Notes: generated by a model not told the origin, from the letters alone. Shown: positions 1 to 12,050, counted from the stretch's first letter. The stretch is DNA of 64,000 bases from Histomonas meleagridis 2922-C6/04-290x (GCA_020184695.1 JAANOX010000238.1:62001-126000), one strand, 5' to 3'. Made by a program: numbers and translations.

Positions 1-558
1 TATACAATGATTGGTGGTACATACTTGAATGATACAAAGAAAAGACTACATGTTCAAGCACAAAAAAAGAATTGGTTTGGGAAAATTAATAAGTTCGAAA
101 ATCCAAACTATAACGATAGCTACTTTGAAATAATAACCGATATGCCGATAGAGAATTTCAATGGGCAAAGTCTATCGGTCATTGATGAAGGATTTGAAAG
201 AGCTTACAGAATTTTCGGCGTGGAAAAAATAAGCAATGGGTATAACGTATACACTAGAAAGAATGGATATGGATTTAGACTTAATAAGACTGGAGAATGG
301 AGAATAGCAAGTGTATCACAAATGGATATAAAATACACGCCTGAAGTAACTTCGTCACCTAGCTCAAGAATATCTGAAAGTGTAACGTTTGAACCAGATT
401 TGAAGCTTAACGCACATGGTTCATTTTTGACTTGTCGAGCAATCGCAGGAATTGCTGCAGTGTGTATTGTTGTGCTTGTTGGTGTTGCTGCTGAGGTAGC
501 CACATTCATTTTGAAATCTAAAGCAAAAAACAATCAACTCTCCAAATCTTTCTACTGA
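1..558 (+). CDS. Membrane protein, C-terminal part (probably starts upstream of the window)
   Basis: Frame open from base 1. C-terminal hydrophobic segment AIAGIAAVCIVVLVGVAAEVATFIL followed by a short basic tail. Confidence 0.6.
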   Translation, partial: YTMIGGTYLNDTKKRLHVQAQKKNWFGKINKFENPNYNDSYFEIITDMPIENFNGQSLSVIDEGFERAYRIFGVEKISNGYNVYTRKNGYGFRLNKTGEWRIASVSQMDIKYTPEVTSSPSSRISESVTFEPDLKLNAHGSFLTCRAIAGIAAVCIVVLVGVAAEVATFILKSKAKNNQLSKSFY

Positions 559-749
559 TTTATAAAAATGACTAATTGACAATCAACAAAAAAACATTTT
601 TCTCTTTGGAAAAGATTCAATAAGCATAATATCGTTTTTTATACTTGAATATGATTATCACTGCAGTGTTTGTAATTCCAAATTAAGCTCATGGATTTGG
701 GGCGCCTCGAAATGACACGTTTAAATAACCGCTGTCATTTAGTCCTATT

Positions 750-2489
750 ATGTCATCGCTCCCAGTTTCAGATGCTAGTAGCACTGGAAGTAACATTGCA
801 CCAACTCTTACACAAGAACAACTTGCTGATGAAAGAAGTCATTGGCTTCCTCGAATTCTTGAACAAAATCCACATTTATTGGAGCTTAGAGAAAGAACTT
901 TACCTTGGACTGGAGGTTATTCTTTTGCTAATGTTGTACACACTGCGATGACTGCATCTCCAACACCAGTTAACCGTCATGCCATTCTTCAATTAATTGT
1001 TAATCATTTAAACGCAATTGGCATGAAAAAGACTGCAGAAACCATTATCAAAGAAACTGGTCACAAATTTCAATTATTTGATCAACCATGGGAAAAAACA
1101 GATTTATTAATTTTATTATCTCTTGGTCTTTTACCACGTGAAGACCCTTGGAACATACCAAAAGATCCTCTTGTACAATTTGTTGAGGAACCACTTGAAG
1201 AAGACTTCTTTGCTTCTCCATATCGTGAAGATCCACATGATCTTTACCAAGAAATTCTCAATCCAGAACTAAATATTACGTTCACTGAAGGTCCACGTGT
1301 ATTCAAGAACATTGCTACAGCCTCTCTCAAACGTCTTGTTGTATGTCTAACATTATCACCTCCAGATTTCATCACCAGTGAAGATTACAGTCAATTTTTC
1401 TTGACACTTCATTCAATTACTTCTTCTCAACACTTCTTAGAGCATCTCATTGCACTTTTTGATCTTGATTTCTCAGATCCATCTGCTGTTGAACAACTTA
1501 AGCCAAACCAAAAGGAAATCCGCGTGACCGTAATAAATCTTATCAGTCGATGGATTAATTTCCATGGGCTTTTCATAGGCAAGAAGACTCTTAATTTGAT
1601 ATCAACATTTATCAGACGTATCATAGATGAGTCCGAAGACTTAATGGGGTCCAAAGATTATCTTAACAACATCCTTACCGACATGGAGAACCTTACCTTT
1701 AGTCAGAAGCAAGAACAAAAATCAGTAAATCTTGAGCCACCAATCATCCGTGATCCACAAGTGTTGTTTAAGCCATCTCTTACACTTGTTGATCCTGAAC
1801 CAGTTGAAGTTGCTCGACAGATCACATTATTGTCACATGAAACATTTAAGTCAGTTCATTCACGGGAGTTCATGGAAGCTCTCATGAACAAGAAGTGCAC
1901 CATCCAAACGCCCACACTCGCAGAATTCTTTGACTTCAACGAGAAATTAAGCAAAATCATTTTGGAGACCGTTATAACCTCTAACGATAGAAACGGTTCT
2001 TTTTCACGTGTATTAGAAATTGCTCAATCGCTTGATTTCCTATGTAATTTCCAAGCATTATCAGCTATACTTAATCAGTTGTCACGTGAAGAAGTTTTAT
2101 TTGTCCTAGAGGCTACAAAAGAACAACGCGATATGATTGACTCATTATCATCAAAATGTGGAAATGGAGTCAAATCATATGATGACTACTTAACAACAGT
2201 CAAATCGCGTTATGATAAGAAAGAGCCGGCGATACCAAACATTAGTTCCGAATTAAAATTTGCCGACTCGAAGAAGGCGCCCGATTTCATTAACAACTTG
2301 ATCAATTACTCAAAGAGAAGGCAAATGGTCGAAAAGGCGTCGATGTTTTATCAGTTCCAAAACAAATCATATCCATTCTTCCCAGTGCAACAGATCCAAA
2401 AAGTCATAAAAAGAGGAACAACAATGTCTGACAAAGCTATCGAGAATAAAATTGTTGAGTTGTGGCGTAATTTGAAGAAATTACAGTGA
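750..2489 (+). CDS. RasGEF (REM + CDC25 domain) protein with N-terminal LisH-like motif
   Basis: 579 aa ORF. CDC25-type PVEVARQITLLSHETFKSV and NFQALSAIL motifs; LisH-like ILQLIVNHLNAIGMKKTAETIIKE. Confidence 0.8.
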   Translation: MSSLPVSDASSTGSNIAPTLTQEQLADERSHWLPRILEQNPHLLELRERTLPWTGGYSFANVVHTAMTASPTPVNRHAILQLIVNHLNAIGMKKTAETIIKETGHKFQLFDQPWEKTDLLILLSLGLLPREDPWNIPKDPLVQFVEEPLEEDFFASPYREDPHDLYQEILNPELNITFTEGPRVFKNIATASLKRLVVCLTLSPPDFITSEDYSQFFLTLHSITSSQHFLEHLIALFDLDFSDPSAVEQLKPNQKEIRVTVINLISRWINFHGLFIGKKTLNLISTFIRRIIDESEDLMGSKDYLNNILTDMENLTFSQKQEQKSVNLEPPIIRDPQVLFKPSLTLVDPEPVEVARQITLLSHETFKSVHSREFMEALMNKKCTIQTPTLAEFFDFNEKLSKIILETVITSNDRNGSFSRVLEIAQSLDFLCNFQALSAILNQLSREEVLFVLEATKEQRDMIDSLSSKCGNGVKSYDDYLTTVKSRYDKKEPAIPNISSELKFADSKKAPDFINNLINYSKRRQMVEKASMFYQFQNKSYPFFPVQQIQKVIKRGTTMSDKAIENKIVELWRNLKKLQ

Positions 2490-3082
2490 ATTAAATGTGT
2501 GGACTTAATAATTATTGTAATCAGTAAAAACGATTAAATATCTCACAATACGAACTTTTTGATAACTGAATTGAATATTTCAATGTTAAAACTTAAGTTT
2601 CTACAACACCAAATGTTGAATTTCCATTGGCGCAATTGTTGCTTTTGTGATCTTATGGTCAGTATTATTATATTTGTTGTTAAACGCAGTAACAAAAATA
2701 TACCAATGAAAGATCCAAGAAAATGATAAAATGACTTCTTCGATTATTGGAAGCAGAGCTACTGAGGTAGGACATCAGGATGTGAGCCAAAATATAAATA
2801 ATGAAGAAGATCAATGGATTTAAATCAAGAAAAAAATTATGTAATAAATAAAAAAAAAATCTATAAGAGGGAATGCAATTTTGAATATTTTGTGAATGGA
2901 ATCGTTAAAAATTATTTTGAACATCATAATGATCGATAAGGAGAATTTAATGTACATTAGTTTTTGGATGTTCGAATAAAATTCTTCTGATAGTACGCAT
3001 CGTTAAAAGCACTTTTTATTTTGAAGTAAAAAGTTAAAATGTACGTTAAAAACACGTTACAAAGAGTTGGGTACATAACAGA

Positions 3083-4582
3083 ATGTACAAACCAGATTTC
3101 CCAACCAGAAACCACATTGAGCTACAAAAGTCGCATATTCAAATAGGCTCTCGGAAAGGTTCTCAATGGGAAACTACATATAATTCTACAATGAAGCCTC
3201 AATCTAGAGATGTATCTCCACAAACAATTGATACAATAGCTCTTCAACAAACCCATTGGACAGTTGGAAACGACTCAAGTGAAAAAATTTCGGAAGCTCA
3301 TTCAGCTTATCATAAATATAATGTTCAAAATAATATTAATCCAGCTTATACAAGAAACCAAATGATGAGAACAACATTTAAATTAGGCGATGGTTCACCA
3401 ATGGAATCGCGCGTCAATAACATGGCAACAGCATCACATGCTCCCAAAAGGGAAAGTTTCAGAGAACAAATGGAAGCAACGCATTTTGAAATCAAAAACC
3501 CATACTCAAATGATAAATGGGAAACAACAAATCATGCCGACTTTAAGCCAATCAAATCTAATCCTGCACAAACTGTTAATTTACAACTTAACAAGGGCGA
3601 AGGAGCAAAAGCGAGTTTTGGAAATATAGAAGCTCCAATGGAATCTATAAATCACAGTACGTATGTTGATTTCTCAAAGAGGCCCAATGATATAATTCGA
3701 AATCGTGTGACAACAATTTCTGGAAATCAAATTGAATTTGGTCAAAACACAACGAATAAATGGCAACGTACTAACTTTGTTATAGGTACAGACAGACCAA
3801 GTTATTCTACAACAACTGGTGATGCAACTAGAAAACCACAAAGTGCATACGTTGACCCAAAGCTTGCTCACCAGCGTAGGGTTGACTTTGGTAGGTCTTC
3901 GTTTGCGACTGGCTATAAGTATCCATCCGTTACAAGAACAACGATGCAGGACGCGATCCAGCCCCACCCAGAATTTAAACCGCCGCCGATGGCTGACAAA
4001 ACCGCTTTTGTATCGCATCAAGAGTACGTTAACACCAATGAAAGACCAACAACTACTAACAGAGCTACATATAAACCTTGTAAATATGAATATGTAGCAC
4101 CTATAAATAATAGACTACAAGAATCACATGCATCATTTGGTTCACCTTATATTAATGAAAATCATACACTTTATAATGATACATTTAAGAAGTTCGATAA
4201 CTCTCAAAATAAAGTCGACATGGAAGCTATTAGAAATTTCCATATGTCACATCACTCAGATTTAATGAGAACAGATGCGAAAACAGAAATTACAACTAAT
4301 CAAGCATCTTACACAGGATTTCCTGGCTTTAAGCCACCTCCAACTTGTGATGCTCTTAAAGGAAGTAATAATGTTGTTCCAAATGATCCAAGATTTAATT
4401 TGAAAAAGTCAGCAATGAAAGAAGATTATATTCCGTACAAAAATGCTTTGCCACCAAAGCCAATTGATAATCATTTACAGCAATCTCATATTCAAATGCA
4501 AGGAAATCAGTCTAGTTATAGCACAACTCAAGGAGATTACTTCCAATTCAAAACTTATAGAATGCCGAATGAACAATCATAA
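3083..4582 (+). CDS. Repeat-rich protein resembling axonemal microtubule inner proteins (TEX45/SAXO-like)
   Basis: 499 aa. Recurring SH(I/F)x(I/L)G and (E/S)TT(Y/N)xxxF motifs at fairly regular spacing. The family assignment is inference. Confidence 0.5.
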   Translation: MYKPDFPTRNHIELQKSHIQIGSRKGSQWETTYNSTMKPQSRDVSPQTIDTIALQQTHWTVGNDSSEKISEAHSAYHKYNVQNNINPAYTRNQMMRTTFKLGDGSPMESRVNNMATASHAPKRESFREQMEATHFEIKNPYSNDKWETTNHADFKPIKSNPAQTVNLQLNKGEGAKASFGNIEAPMESINHSTYVDFSKRPNDIIRNRVTTISGNQIEFGQNTTNKWQRTNFVIGTDRPSYSTTTGDATRKPQSAYVDPKLAHQRRVDFGRSSFATGYKYPSVTRTTMQDAIQPHPEFKPPPMADKTAFVSHQEYVNTNERPTTTNRATYKPCKYEYVAPINNRLQESHASFGSPYINENHTLYNDTFKKFDNSQNKVDMEAIRNFHMSHHSDLMRTDAKTEITTNQASYTGFPGFKPPPTCDALKGSNNVVPNDPRFNLKKSAMKEDYIPYKNALPPKPIDNHLQQSHIQMQGNQSSYSTTQGDYFQFKTYRMPNEQS

Positions 4583-4686
4583 ATGTGTTTTTATATAATA
4601 AACAAATGTGTTGATAAAGATTTTTGTTGTTTTTGTTTGCATTGTGTCGACCGTTTGTTTGGGGCACCCCTACTTCCAAAGCCAAA

Positions 4687-5118
4687 ATGGATCCGCTTGA
4701 TAAAAATAATGGCGTGTTTGATTTTTCCAAGTCAAAAAATCCAATAATGGATGCCTTTGAAATGGCGGCCTCTTCACTTGCTGTTCACAAGCAAGTACCA
4801 AATGCAAAATTTTATCAGATTCCAACAGAACCTCCTAAGCAACAAAATATTCAAATTCCTAATCAACCAAGCCAACCACAAAAGCCAGATGCAGTTCCTA
4901 AACAAATTCCTCCCAAACCATCACTTCCACCACAAATTGCAGTTACTACCAATGAACTTCCAGTTCCATCAAATGTAACAATATACCCGCCTCCTATAGC
5001 AGACGAGTCAGATCCAGATCGCACTCGCCTTCTTCACAGTTGGTACTGGGCTGGTTACTACACTGGTCTCGCTGATGGTAAACGCATCTCTTCTCATCCA
5101 AATGTATCACAAAATTAA
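4687..5118 (+). CDS. SMN: Survival motor neuron (SMN)-like protein
   Basis: C-terminal YG-box-like LLHSWYWAGYYTGL, N-terminal helix IMDAFEMAASSL, Pro/Gln-rich linker. First ATG is at 4687 (the ORF track starts at a TTG). Confidence 0.7.
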   Translation: MDPLDKNNGVFDFSKSKNPIMDAFEMAASSLAVHKQVPNAKFYQIPTEPPKQQNIQIPNQPSQPQKPDAVPKQIPPKPSLPPQIAVTTNELPVPSNVTIYPPPIADESDPDRTRLLHSWYWAGYYTGLADGKRISSHPNVSQN

Positions 5119-5281
5119 TGTTTCTATATAAACAACACATTTGTTCTTTTTCTTATAATGTTTTTCAATTTATGTAAGGAAAATCCATATTATTTAATCA
5201 CTATTTGGCTAACTCTAATCTTTTGATTATGAAGTGAAATATAATTTAAATTATGTGCAAAATTAAATACATACATATATA

Positions 5282-6588
5282 TAGGGTGTTCAAAAAGTCC
5301 TGACCCCCCCTCCTATTATGGGCTGTGATTAGTTTATAAATAAAATATTCATATAATATTAAAATATAGTTAATGAAGATCTTATATATGTGAAATATGT
5401 GATTTTTGATTAATTGCATATCGAGAAAAATTTAATTTAAATTTTGGTGACGCAAAAAATTTGAGAAGAACCGTCACTTTTTATCATGGATGCCGTCGAA
5501 CAAAGATTCATTATTAAATTTCTCTTCCTCTCAGGAAAAAGATACAAAGCCATATACAGAGAAATGTTCACTGTCTTGGGAAATAATACAGTTCATATAA
5601 GTACAGTCAAAAGGTGGTGTAGAAAATTCAAAAATGGTGACTTTTCATGCCTTGATGAGGAACGTACGGGTAGACAACATCTGATATTGTTTATCAAATT
5701 TAAAAAATTCTTCAAAAGCAACCATTTATTTCTAGCCCGCTTAATTGCAAAGCAATTATCAGTGACTCCAAATACTGTATTAAAAGTTCTTTATGAGGAC
5801 ATGGGGTTGAGGCGCTTCACTAGGAAATGGGTCCCCCATGATTTGACGGAAGAACAAAAATTGGAAAGAGTCGATATGTCAAAATCAATTTTAAAAATAT
5901 TAGAAAAAGCGGAAAAGAAAAATTTCATTAATATAATGACTGGGGATGAGTCATGGTTTTATTTTAATTATCAAAGTTCTTATATGTATGCAGCATCACG
6001 AGATGAAGTGCCAACCCGTACCCAAAAGAAAATTGACAGTGAAAAATAATGCTGACAATGTTCTTCAATGGAAATTCCCTATTATGCATTGATTTTTCTA
6101 CCAAAAGGCAAAAAAATATAATCAACGCTATTTCATCGATAATATTATTGAAGAAATAATTAAAAATACAAATGAGGATGAGGATCAATTGGACTTAGAT
6201 CAAATGATGATTCATATGGACAATTGTAAAGTTCACAAAGGAAATTTAGTTCAACAAAAATTAAATCAAATAAAGCTTAAATCCATTCCGCACCCACCTT
6301 ATTCTCCTGACATCAGCCCATGCGACTTTTTGGTTATTTGGTTATTTAAAAATATTTGGAAGATAAAGAGATAAAAATCGAAACATCAATTAAAAACTCA
6401 AATTTTTTATCGGCATGGGAACACGTCAATTTTGAAGAGCTTCAAAGCGTGTTCTTGGAATGGATCAAAAGATTGAAGTGGATAATAGAAAACAATGGAG
6501 AATACTATATCACATAAATAAACAAGAATATCTAAAATTGTTTATTCATTGAGATAGGAGGGGGGGTCATGACTTTTTGAACACCCTA
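5282..6588 (+). mobile_element. Mariner (Tc1/mariner) DNA transposon, about 1.3 kb, non-autonomous copy
   Basis: 35-bp TIRs TAGGGTGTTCAAAAAGTC(C/A)TGACCCCCCCTCCTAT at 5282-5316 and 6554-6588 with one mismatch; TA dinucleotides on both flanks. Confidence 0.93.
5486..6516 (+). pseudogene. Mariner transposase with frameshifts
   Basis: HTH region, WVPHDL, GDESW, MDN..VH and HPPYSPDISPCDF motifs distributed over several reading frames. Confidence 0.88.
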
Positions 6589-7295
6589 TATTAAGTGGTT
6601 TGTGACACAGTGTCAATCTATCGATAGTAAAAACTATAATTTTTATTGAATCGTAGTGTATAAGATGTAAATCTTTAAACAATTTTTATCAGACAAAATA
6701 TTAATATTATAAATCAAAAGAACAAATTCAAATCACAAACAATATGTGATTTATTCATAATAAATAATACGAGATCGATTATTGATGATCTAAGTTATTA
6801 TAATGCTTATGATGTTGTCAAAATAAAAGAAAAAGATATGTATGATGACAAAAGGTTTTCTGAAACATACATAAATAATGGATGAATAGATAAATCACAG
6901 GAATTAAATTAATGACAAATCAAAGAACCGCAAACACCATCATATCGAAAATGCAAGCAAAAGAATAATAGAAAAATGAATCGAGAAGATTACAGAAGAA
7001 TAGGAAATTATTGAAGAATTTGGCTAATAGTGTTAAAGATGTGGTTGGTAAATTTGACTAGTGTTATGATTTACGGTTCTTTTCACTTCTTTTTGTTCAA
7101 GAAGGAAAATCAATAATTCCAAATAAATTCGAATTCAAATCAAATGATTAAACAACATAAAATTTATTATTTATCTATTATAATGATGAAATTTAATTGA
7201 CAATAAAATAATAAATAATTTGTATGTAACCTATAAAAACAAAAATATCTTTAAAAAAAATTACTCAAAACCAAACAATTTATAAAAATTTTTTT

Positions 7296-9113
7296 TCAAT
7301 CCACAGATTGAATTGGTGTTTTTGCTCTGTTATGATTTATCACATCATTTTTAGGCAAAAACGGCTGGTAATCTATTACTTGTTCCATTGCTGCATTCTC
7401 CTCGTTAACATTTTCGTTAATATTTTCTATTTCGTTTCCGATATCTCTCAAATAATATTTTCCGTCAGCGCCTTTAAGGAATTTTTGGTTCAACGCGAGT
7501 AATCTCGAGTTTCTTGCCGGCACTAATTGGGCAGGTTGTGTTGAACCTTTAACATTTCTTTGATGAATAGTATATTGCCCATTTTCATGTAAATCGTTTT
7601 GTTTTTGCAATGATTTATTTAAATTTTTCTCATTACCTTTAAGAGGTGGTAATTTATTTTTGATGTTACTACAAGTTTTTTGTAACAAAGGATTCGAAGG
7701 GAATAATGTCATTAACATATTATAAAATTCTTCTCGTGTAATTCGAATATTTAATTCATTTTCGGCATCAGATTTATCCATTTTCAAGTTAACTAATGAT
7801 TTCAGTTTTGTTATTTGTTCTTTTAATTCAGAGATATGTGAAAGTTCTTTAATAATTGTTTTAATATCAGAATTGTCGATTTTGACATTGTTCGAATTAA
7901 TTGTCGATAACAAATCAGTAATCATTGATTCAACTCGATTCATTATTATATTCGATATGCGATATGTTAATTTAACTTCGTCAACATTCGAATTACGTAA
8001 ATTTTGACTATTCGTACTCATTAAATTCATTCGCTCTTGTTCACTAAGCGCTGTTTTCTTTCGTAACCTTTTCCGTGATGACATTTCTTCTCGATTTTCT
8101 TCTTCTGCTTTATTTTTATCTAATTTGCAAATCGTTTTTATGTTTCGTCGATGACTTTCAATATGTAACTTCGATTTATAAACATTACTTTCTTCAATGT
8201 GTCCATTAGTATCGATACCAACATCACGAATTTCCTTTTCTATTTCTTCTTGTTTATCATTATTAGTATTATATTCGAAGACTGAACTTTCATTTTCATT
8301 TTGTTCTTCTTCTTCTTCATATTGATCACTTTCACCAAACATATTCATCAGTTTGTTCATGTTATTGTTGATTTTGTTGCGCTTTTCTTGATATTCTTTG
8401 TCTAGTTTTGCACTGCTTTGCCGAAGTCGAGCAAGTGAAATTTCAGGATTATCTTCATCGTAAAGATCAATGTCATCACTTAGAAGTGGTTGATTGGATT
8501 TTTTGGCATTACTCAAAATTTCGTTAAGTTCGGAAATAGTTACGTATTGGTTATTGTCTTTAAGCATTTGTTCTTCGTTATGAAATTTTTGGATTTCCAT
8601 CTCAACAAGCTTAGTGGTTCGTTCCATCATTTTGTCATTCTCAGTACGTTGACGTTGGAGTTCTTTTTGAAGACTTTGAATAGTAGATGATATTTCGGAA
8701 TAATCATCATTACTTTTGGAATTATAAAAACAACGTTGATCAAAGGTTTCAAAATCGACTTTGGTTTTTAGCTCGTTGGAGAGATTGGTGATTGCTTCAT
8801 CATGCGATTTCGCTTTTTCAAGAGATTCTTTTGATAAGTTTTGAAGGTTATCAAATGCTTCTTCTAATGAAACACCATCAAGACTACTTGGAAGCATATT
8901 TTCTACTTTGTCAATTATCTTGCTTTCAAGGCTTTCAACTGTTTTTGAAATTGTTGTTATTTGTGCTTGTAAATCTCGAATTTGTGATTGAAGTCCTTTA
9001 ATAGTTGTCTGCTGATTAATATTAGTTTGAAGCATTTGCGACATGCTTTTTCCAAACATATCAAATATTGTATTCATTGTAGAAGTTTCGATTTCATCTG
9101 TTGTTTGTTGCAT
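7296..9113 (-). CDS. Coiled-coil hypothetical protein
   Basis: 605 aa ORF with heptad-rich Q/E/K/L composition. Confidence 0.7.
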   Translation of the reverse strand: MQQTTDEIETSTMNTIFDMFGKSMSQMLQTNINQQTTIKGLQSQIRDLQAQITTISKTVESLESKIIDKVENMLPSSLDGVSLEEAFDNLQNLSKESLEKAKSHDEAITNLSNELKTKVDFETFDQRCFYNSKSNDDYSEISSTIQSLQKELQRQRTENDKMMERTTKLVEMEIQKFHNEEQMLKDNNQYVTISELNEILSNAKKSNQPLLSDDIDLYDEDNPEISLARLRQSSAKLDKEYQEKRNKINNNMNKLMNMFGESDQYEEEEEQNENESSVFEYNTNNDKQEEIEKEIRDVGIDTNGHIEESNVYKSKLHIESHRRNIKTICKLDKNKAEEENREEMSSRKRLRKKTALSEQERMNLMSTNSQNLRNSNVDEVKLTYRISNIIMNRVESMITDLLSTINSNNVKIDNSDIKTIIKELSHISELKEQITKLKSLVNLKMDKSDAENELNIRITREEFYNMLMTLFPSNPLLQKTCSNIKNKLPPLKGNEKNLNKSLQKQNDLHENGQYTIHQRNVKGSTQPAQLVPARNSRLLALNQKFLKGADGKYYLRDIGNEIENINENVNEENAAMEQVIDYQPFLPKNDVINHNRAKTPIQSVD

Positions 9114-9127
9114 TTTCTATTTAACGT

Positions 9128-9203
9128 ATTTTGAAACGGTTTCTTTATTAAACGTCTCTTTCCGATAACCGTTTAAAAAGCGGTTTTGGTCGGCCTTTTT
9201 GCG
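9128..9203 (+). promoter_or_regulatory. Divergent core promoter with M3-like (AACGGTT/ACCGTT/AGCGGTT) and M5-like (CCTTTT) motifs
   Basis: Lies between the head-to-head ATGs at 9113 and 9204. CCTTTTT sits just before the RPL13A ATG, matching Trichomonas M5 usage. Confidence 0.6.
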
Positions 9204-9800
9204 ATGTCTATAGTTATTGATGGTAAAGGACACGTATCTGGTCGTTTAGCTGGTGTTATTGCTAAACAATTACTCAACGGAAGAAAAATAGTTGTTGTTC
9301 GTGCTGAAAGCATTGTCACAACTGGTGATCATCGTTTTAATTATCACAAATATCGTCGTTTCTTAAGAAAGACAACTAACTCAAACCCACGCCATGGTCC
9401 TTTCCATGAACGCGCTCCAGCTGAAGTATTCGCTCGTACAGTTCGCGGAATGGTCAATTATAAAACAGCTCGCGGTGCTGCTGCTTTCGCCAGACTTAAG
9501 GTTTACGAAGGCATCCCAGAGAAGTACGAAGGTGTCAAGAAACTTGTTGTTCCAACTGCTCTTCGTGTTGTTGCAATTCGTACTGATCGTCCAGTTACAA
9601 CACTCGGAAAGATTTCAACGACATTCGGATGGAAATATGGTCATGTTGTTAAAGCACTTGAAGAAAAGAGAATAGCAAAGGCAGCTGAATTACATGAAGC
9701 AAAGAAAGCAGAAAAAGAAAAGAAGGCACGCGCTATTGCTGCTGCTAACAAACAATTAGGTGCTGCAGCTGTTAAATTCCTCGAAACATACGTAGAGTAA
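9204..9800 (+). CDS. RPL13A: 60S ribosomal protein L13a (uL13)
   Basis: IVIDGKGHVSGRLA, NPRHGPFHERAP and LKVYEGIP motifs. Confidence 0.97.
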   Translation: MSIVIDGKGHVSGRLAGVIAKQLLNGRKIVVVRAESIVTTGDHRFNYHKYRRFLRKTTNSNPRHGPFHERAPAEVFARTVRGMVNYKTARGAAAFARLKVYEGIPEKYEGVKKLVVPTALRVVAIRTDRPVTTLGKISTTFGWKYGHVVKALEEKRIAKAAELHEAKKAEKEKKARAIAAANKQLGAAAVKFLETYVE

Positions 9801-10371
9801 ACATTTTACATTTTTGCAACCAAAATAATATATTGAAATAATTCTATAAGCTTATTGATTTCACTTTTTGATTTTTTGTATAGTTTATGTGACTTGTCAA
9901 GTAAACCATTTAAAAAGATATTTTGTTTATGACGAAGGAAAATTAAATTTGACAACATCACATGATAAAGAACAAAACAGAAAGAAAATAATGACCAATG
10001 GCTATAGTGCAACTTATATCTATTTTAGTTTCAAACGTTTTATCATAATAAAAATAAATATTATATTTATTTTCATTTTATTACATTTCATTGATGAGAA
10101 AGAATTCCGATTAACTTTAATTAAATTTCATGTTCTCATCACATATAAAACAACTTTCGATTGCTATAAAATAATTATAATTATAACTATCTTCAATTCA
10201 ATTGAATATAATCTTCTTTTAATGAATTTAATATCATGATTAATGAATCAGTTTATGACTTAAATAAATCTACATATCTTGTAATAAAAAATCACACATT
10301 TAAATGAAAAGTTTTGATTTATGGTAGACATTTCCATCTGTAATTAAAGGTTTCTATACCACATTCTTAAT

Positions 10372-10800
10372 CTACTTCTTTTTAACAAATTCGTTATGGA
10401 ATGAATTCAAACATGCGAAGAGAGAACCTCCTGATGATACAGTCTCTTTTTGGTTTGCTAATGACAACAAAAAATTTTTTGTTATTTCCTTTTCTAAAAA
10501 TTGGTGGAAACTAAAACCTTTTAACAATGTGTTACCACCTGAAAGAATTATGTTATTTAACAAACTATTCCTCACATTATCATCCAACTCATAATGATAA
10601 CAAAAAGATGTTTATTAATTTCATCAAATTTATATTAACTGACAGAGTTGGGTGAAAAAGTACTCAGGACAATCAATATGTTCTCTTATCAATGGAAAAA
10701 TGTTCCATCTGGAAGTCGATGATATTTAAAATCATAATAACAACATTCCTTAATCTTCCGAACATTTGAAATTCAGATGTTGTTATTAGACGAAAGTCAC
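10372..10800 (-). pseudogene. Actin/actin-related protein remnant
   Basis: Actin-fold motifs LPDG, NNIILSGGNTLLKGF and GGSLFA in broken frames. Confidence 0.6.
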
Positions 10801-11257
10801 TTTAAAAAATGAAATGTTGGAGCATTTTTGTAATACGATCCCTGCGAATTGGAATAGTTTTCTTATATATAAGAACAAGTGAATCTGTTAATTCGATAAG
10901 GATGAGAAAAGAGCTTAATTATATAATATCTTTAATTTTTTTTAATACAAAGGAATTCTACAATCAAAAAATTCTTTGTGCTCCAATCAAAAATCATTGA
11001 TGTACAGATGTTAACATCGAAACATTACTATAATAATTATCGAAGAATCCGTACGAATTTCTGAAACTGAAATGATACCAATCTTAATGTTAATACAAAA
11101 AAGAATCAGTTTATATATACAAATGAATTTTCTCTAAATTTCCATCACATGTTTCAGTGCATTATTTACATTCATCACATTGCTTATACTTAGAATGATA
11201 TTTAAGAAAAAAATAGTGAAATGAAAACAAATGTTTATTATTAGTTTTGCTTATTTT

Positions 11258-12050
11258 TCATAATTCGATATCCTTTTCTTCAACATCATTTCCTTCACTG
11301 CTGACTTGTTTGTTATTTCTTTTGCGAATTACCAATAATACTATTAAAACGGCAATTAATATCACAACGACAGAAACACATATTCCAACAGCTATTGCGA
11401 CGGTGTTATCATTGTTTTCAGTTTCACTTGTTTCGAATGTGTTATCATCATTTGATGTAAACAATGATTGCGCGATTTTACTTATTCGGAAGCTAACACT
11501 AGAAAAAGTGGAATTAGAATAATAATCAGTGATAACTGAGTCATAATAAGATATTTGTGTATCTAAATATATTATTCGTGTATATAGTTCACCACGTCTT
11601 GTTTTTATACTAAACACAGAATGTATTTTTGAATTTGATATGAAAAGTGAATCAGTGACTGAATTTGTAAGTGATAATGAATTAATTAATGCAATGGAAT
11701 GTCAAATCAAATTGTAATGATGGATTAAATGTATTCGACTGAGTAAATGTATTTGAATGTGAATATGCATTCGACTGAGTAAAAGATTGCGTTATCAATG
11801 AAGGACATCCTTCAACTGTCGCTCCTTTTAATACTTTCAATGTTACAAATGTTTCACCAGTATACGAATATAATGTCATGACATACTTTGGGGGAACACC
11901 ATCAAAAACATATGATCCATATAATGGATTTTAGTCACCATAATACAACTTAAATTAGAACAATATCTAAATGCATTTTGTCCAATATAAGCAACAGAAG
12001 ATGGAATTTCAATATTTGTTAATACTCGTTTCTTTTTACTTGATCTATTA
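11258..12050 (-). pseudogene. Surface-protein (BspA-like) C-terminal remnant with FTQSN repeats, TM helix and cytoplasmic tail
   Basis: SNTFTQSNTF repeats in 11682-11879; TM helix VAIAVGICVSVVVILIAVLIVLLVI plus RKR in 11258-11617; frames are discontinuous. Confidence 0.5.
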
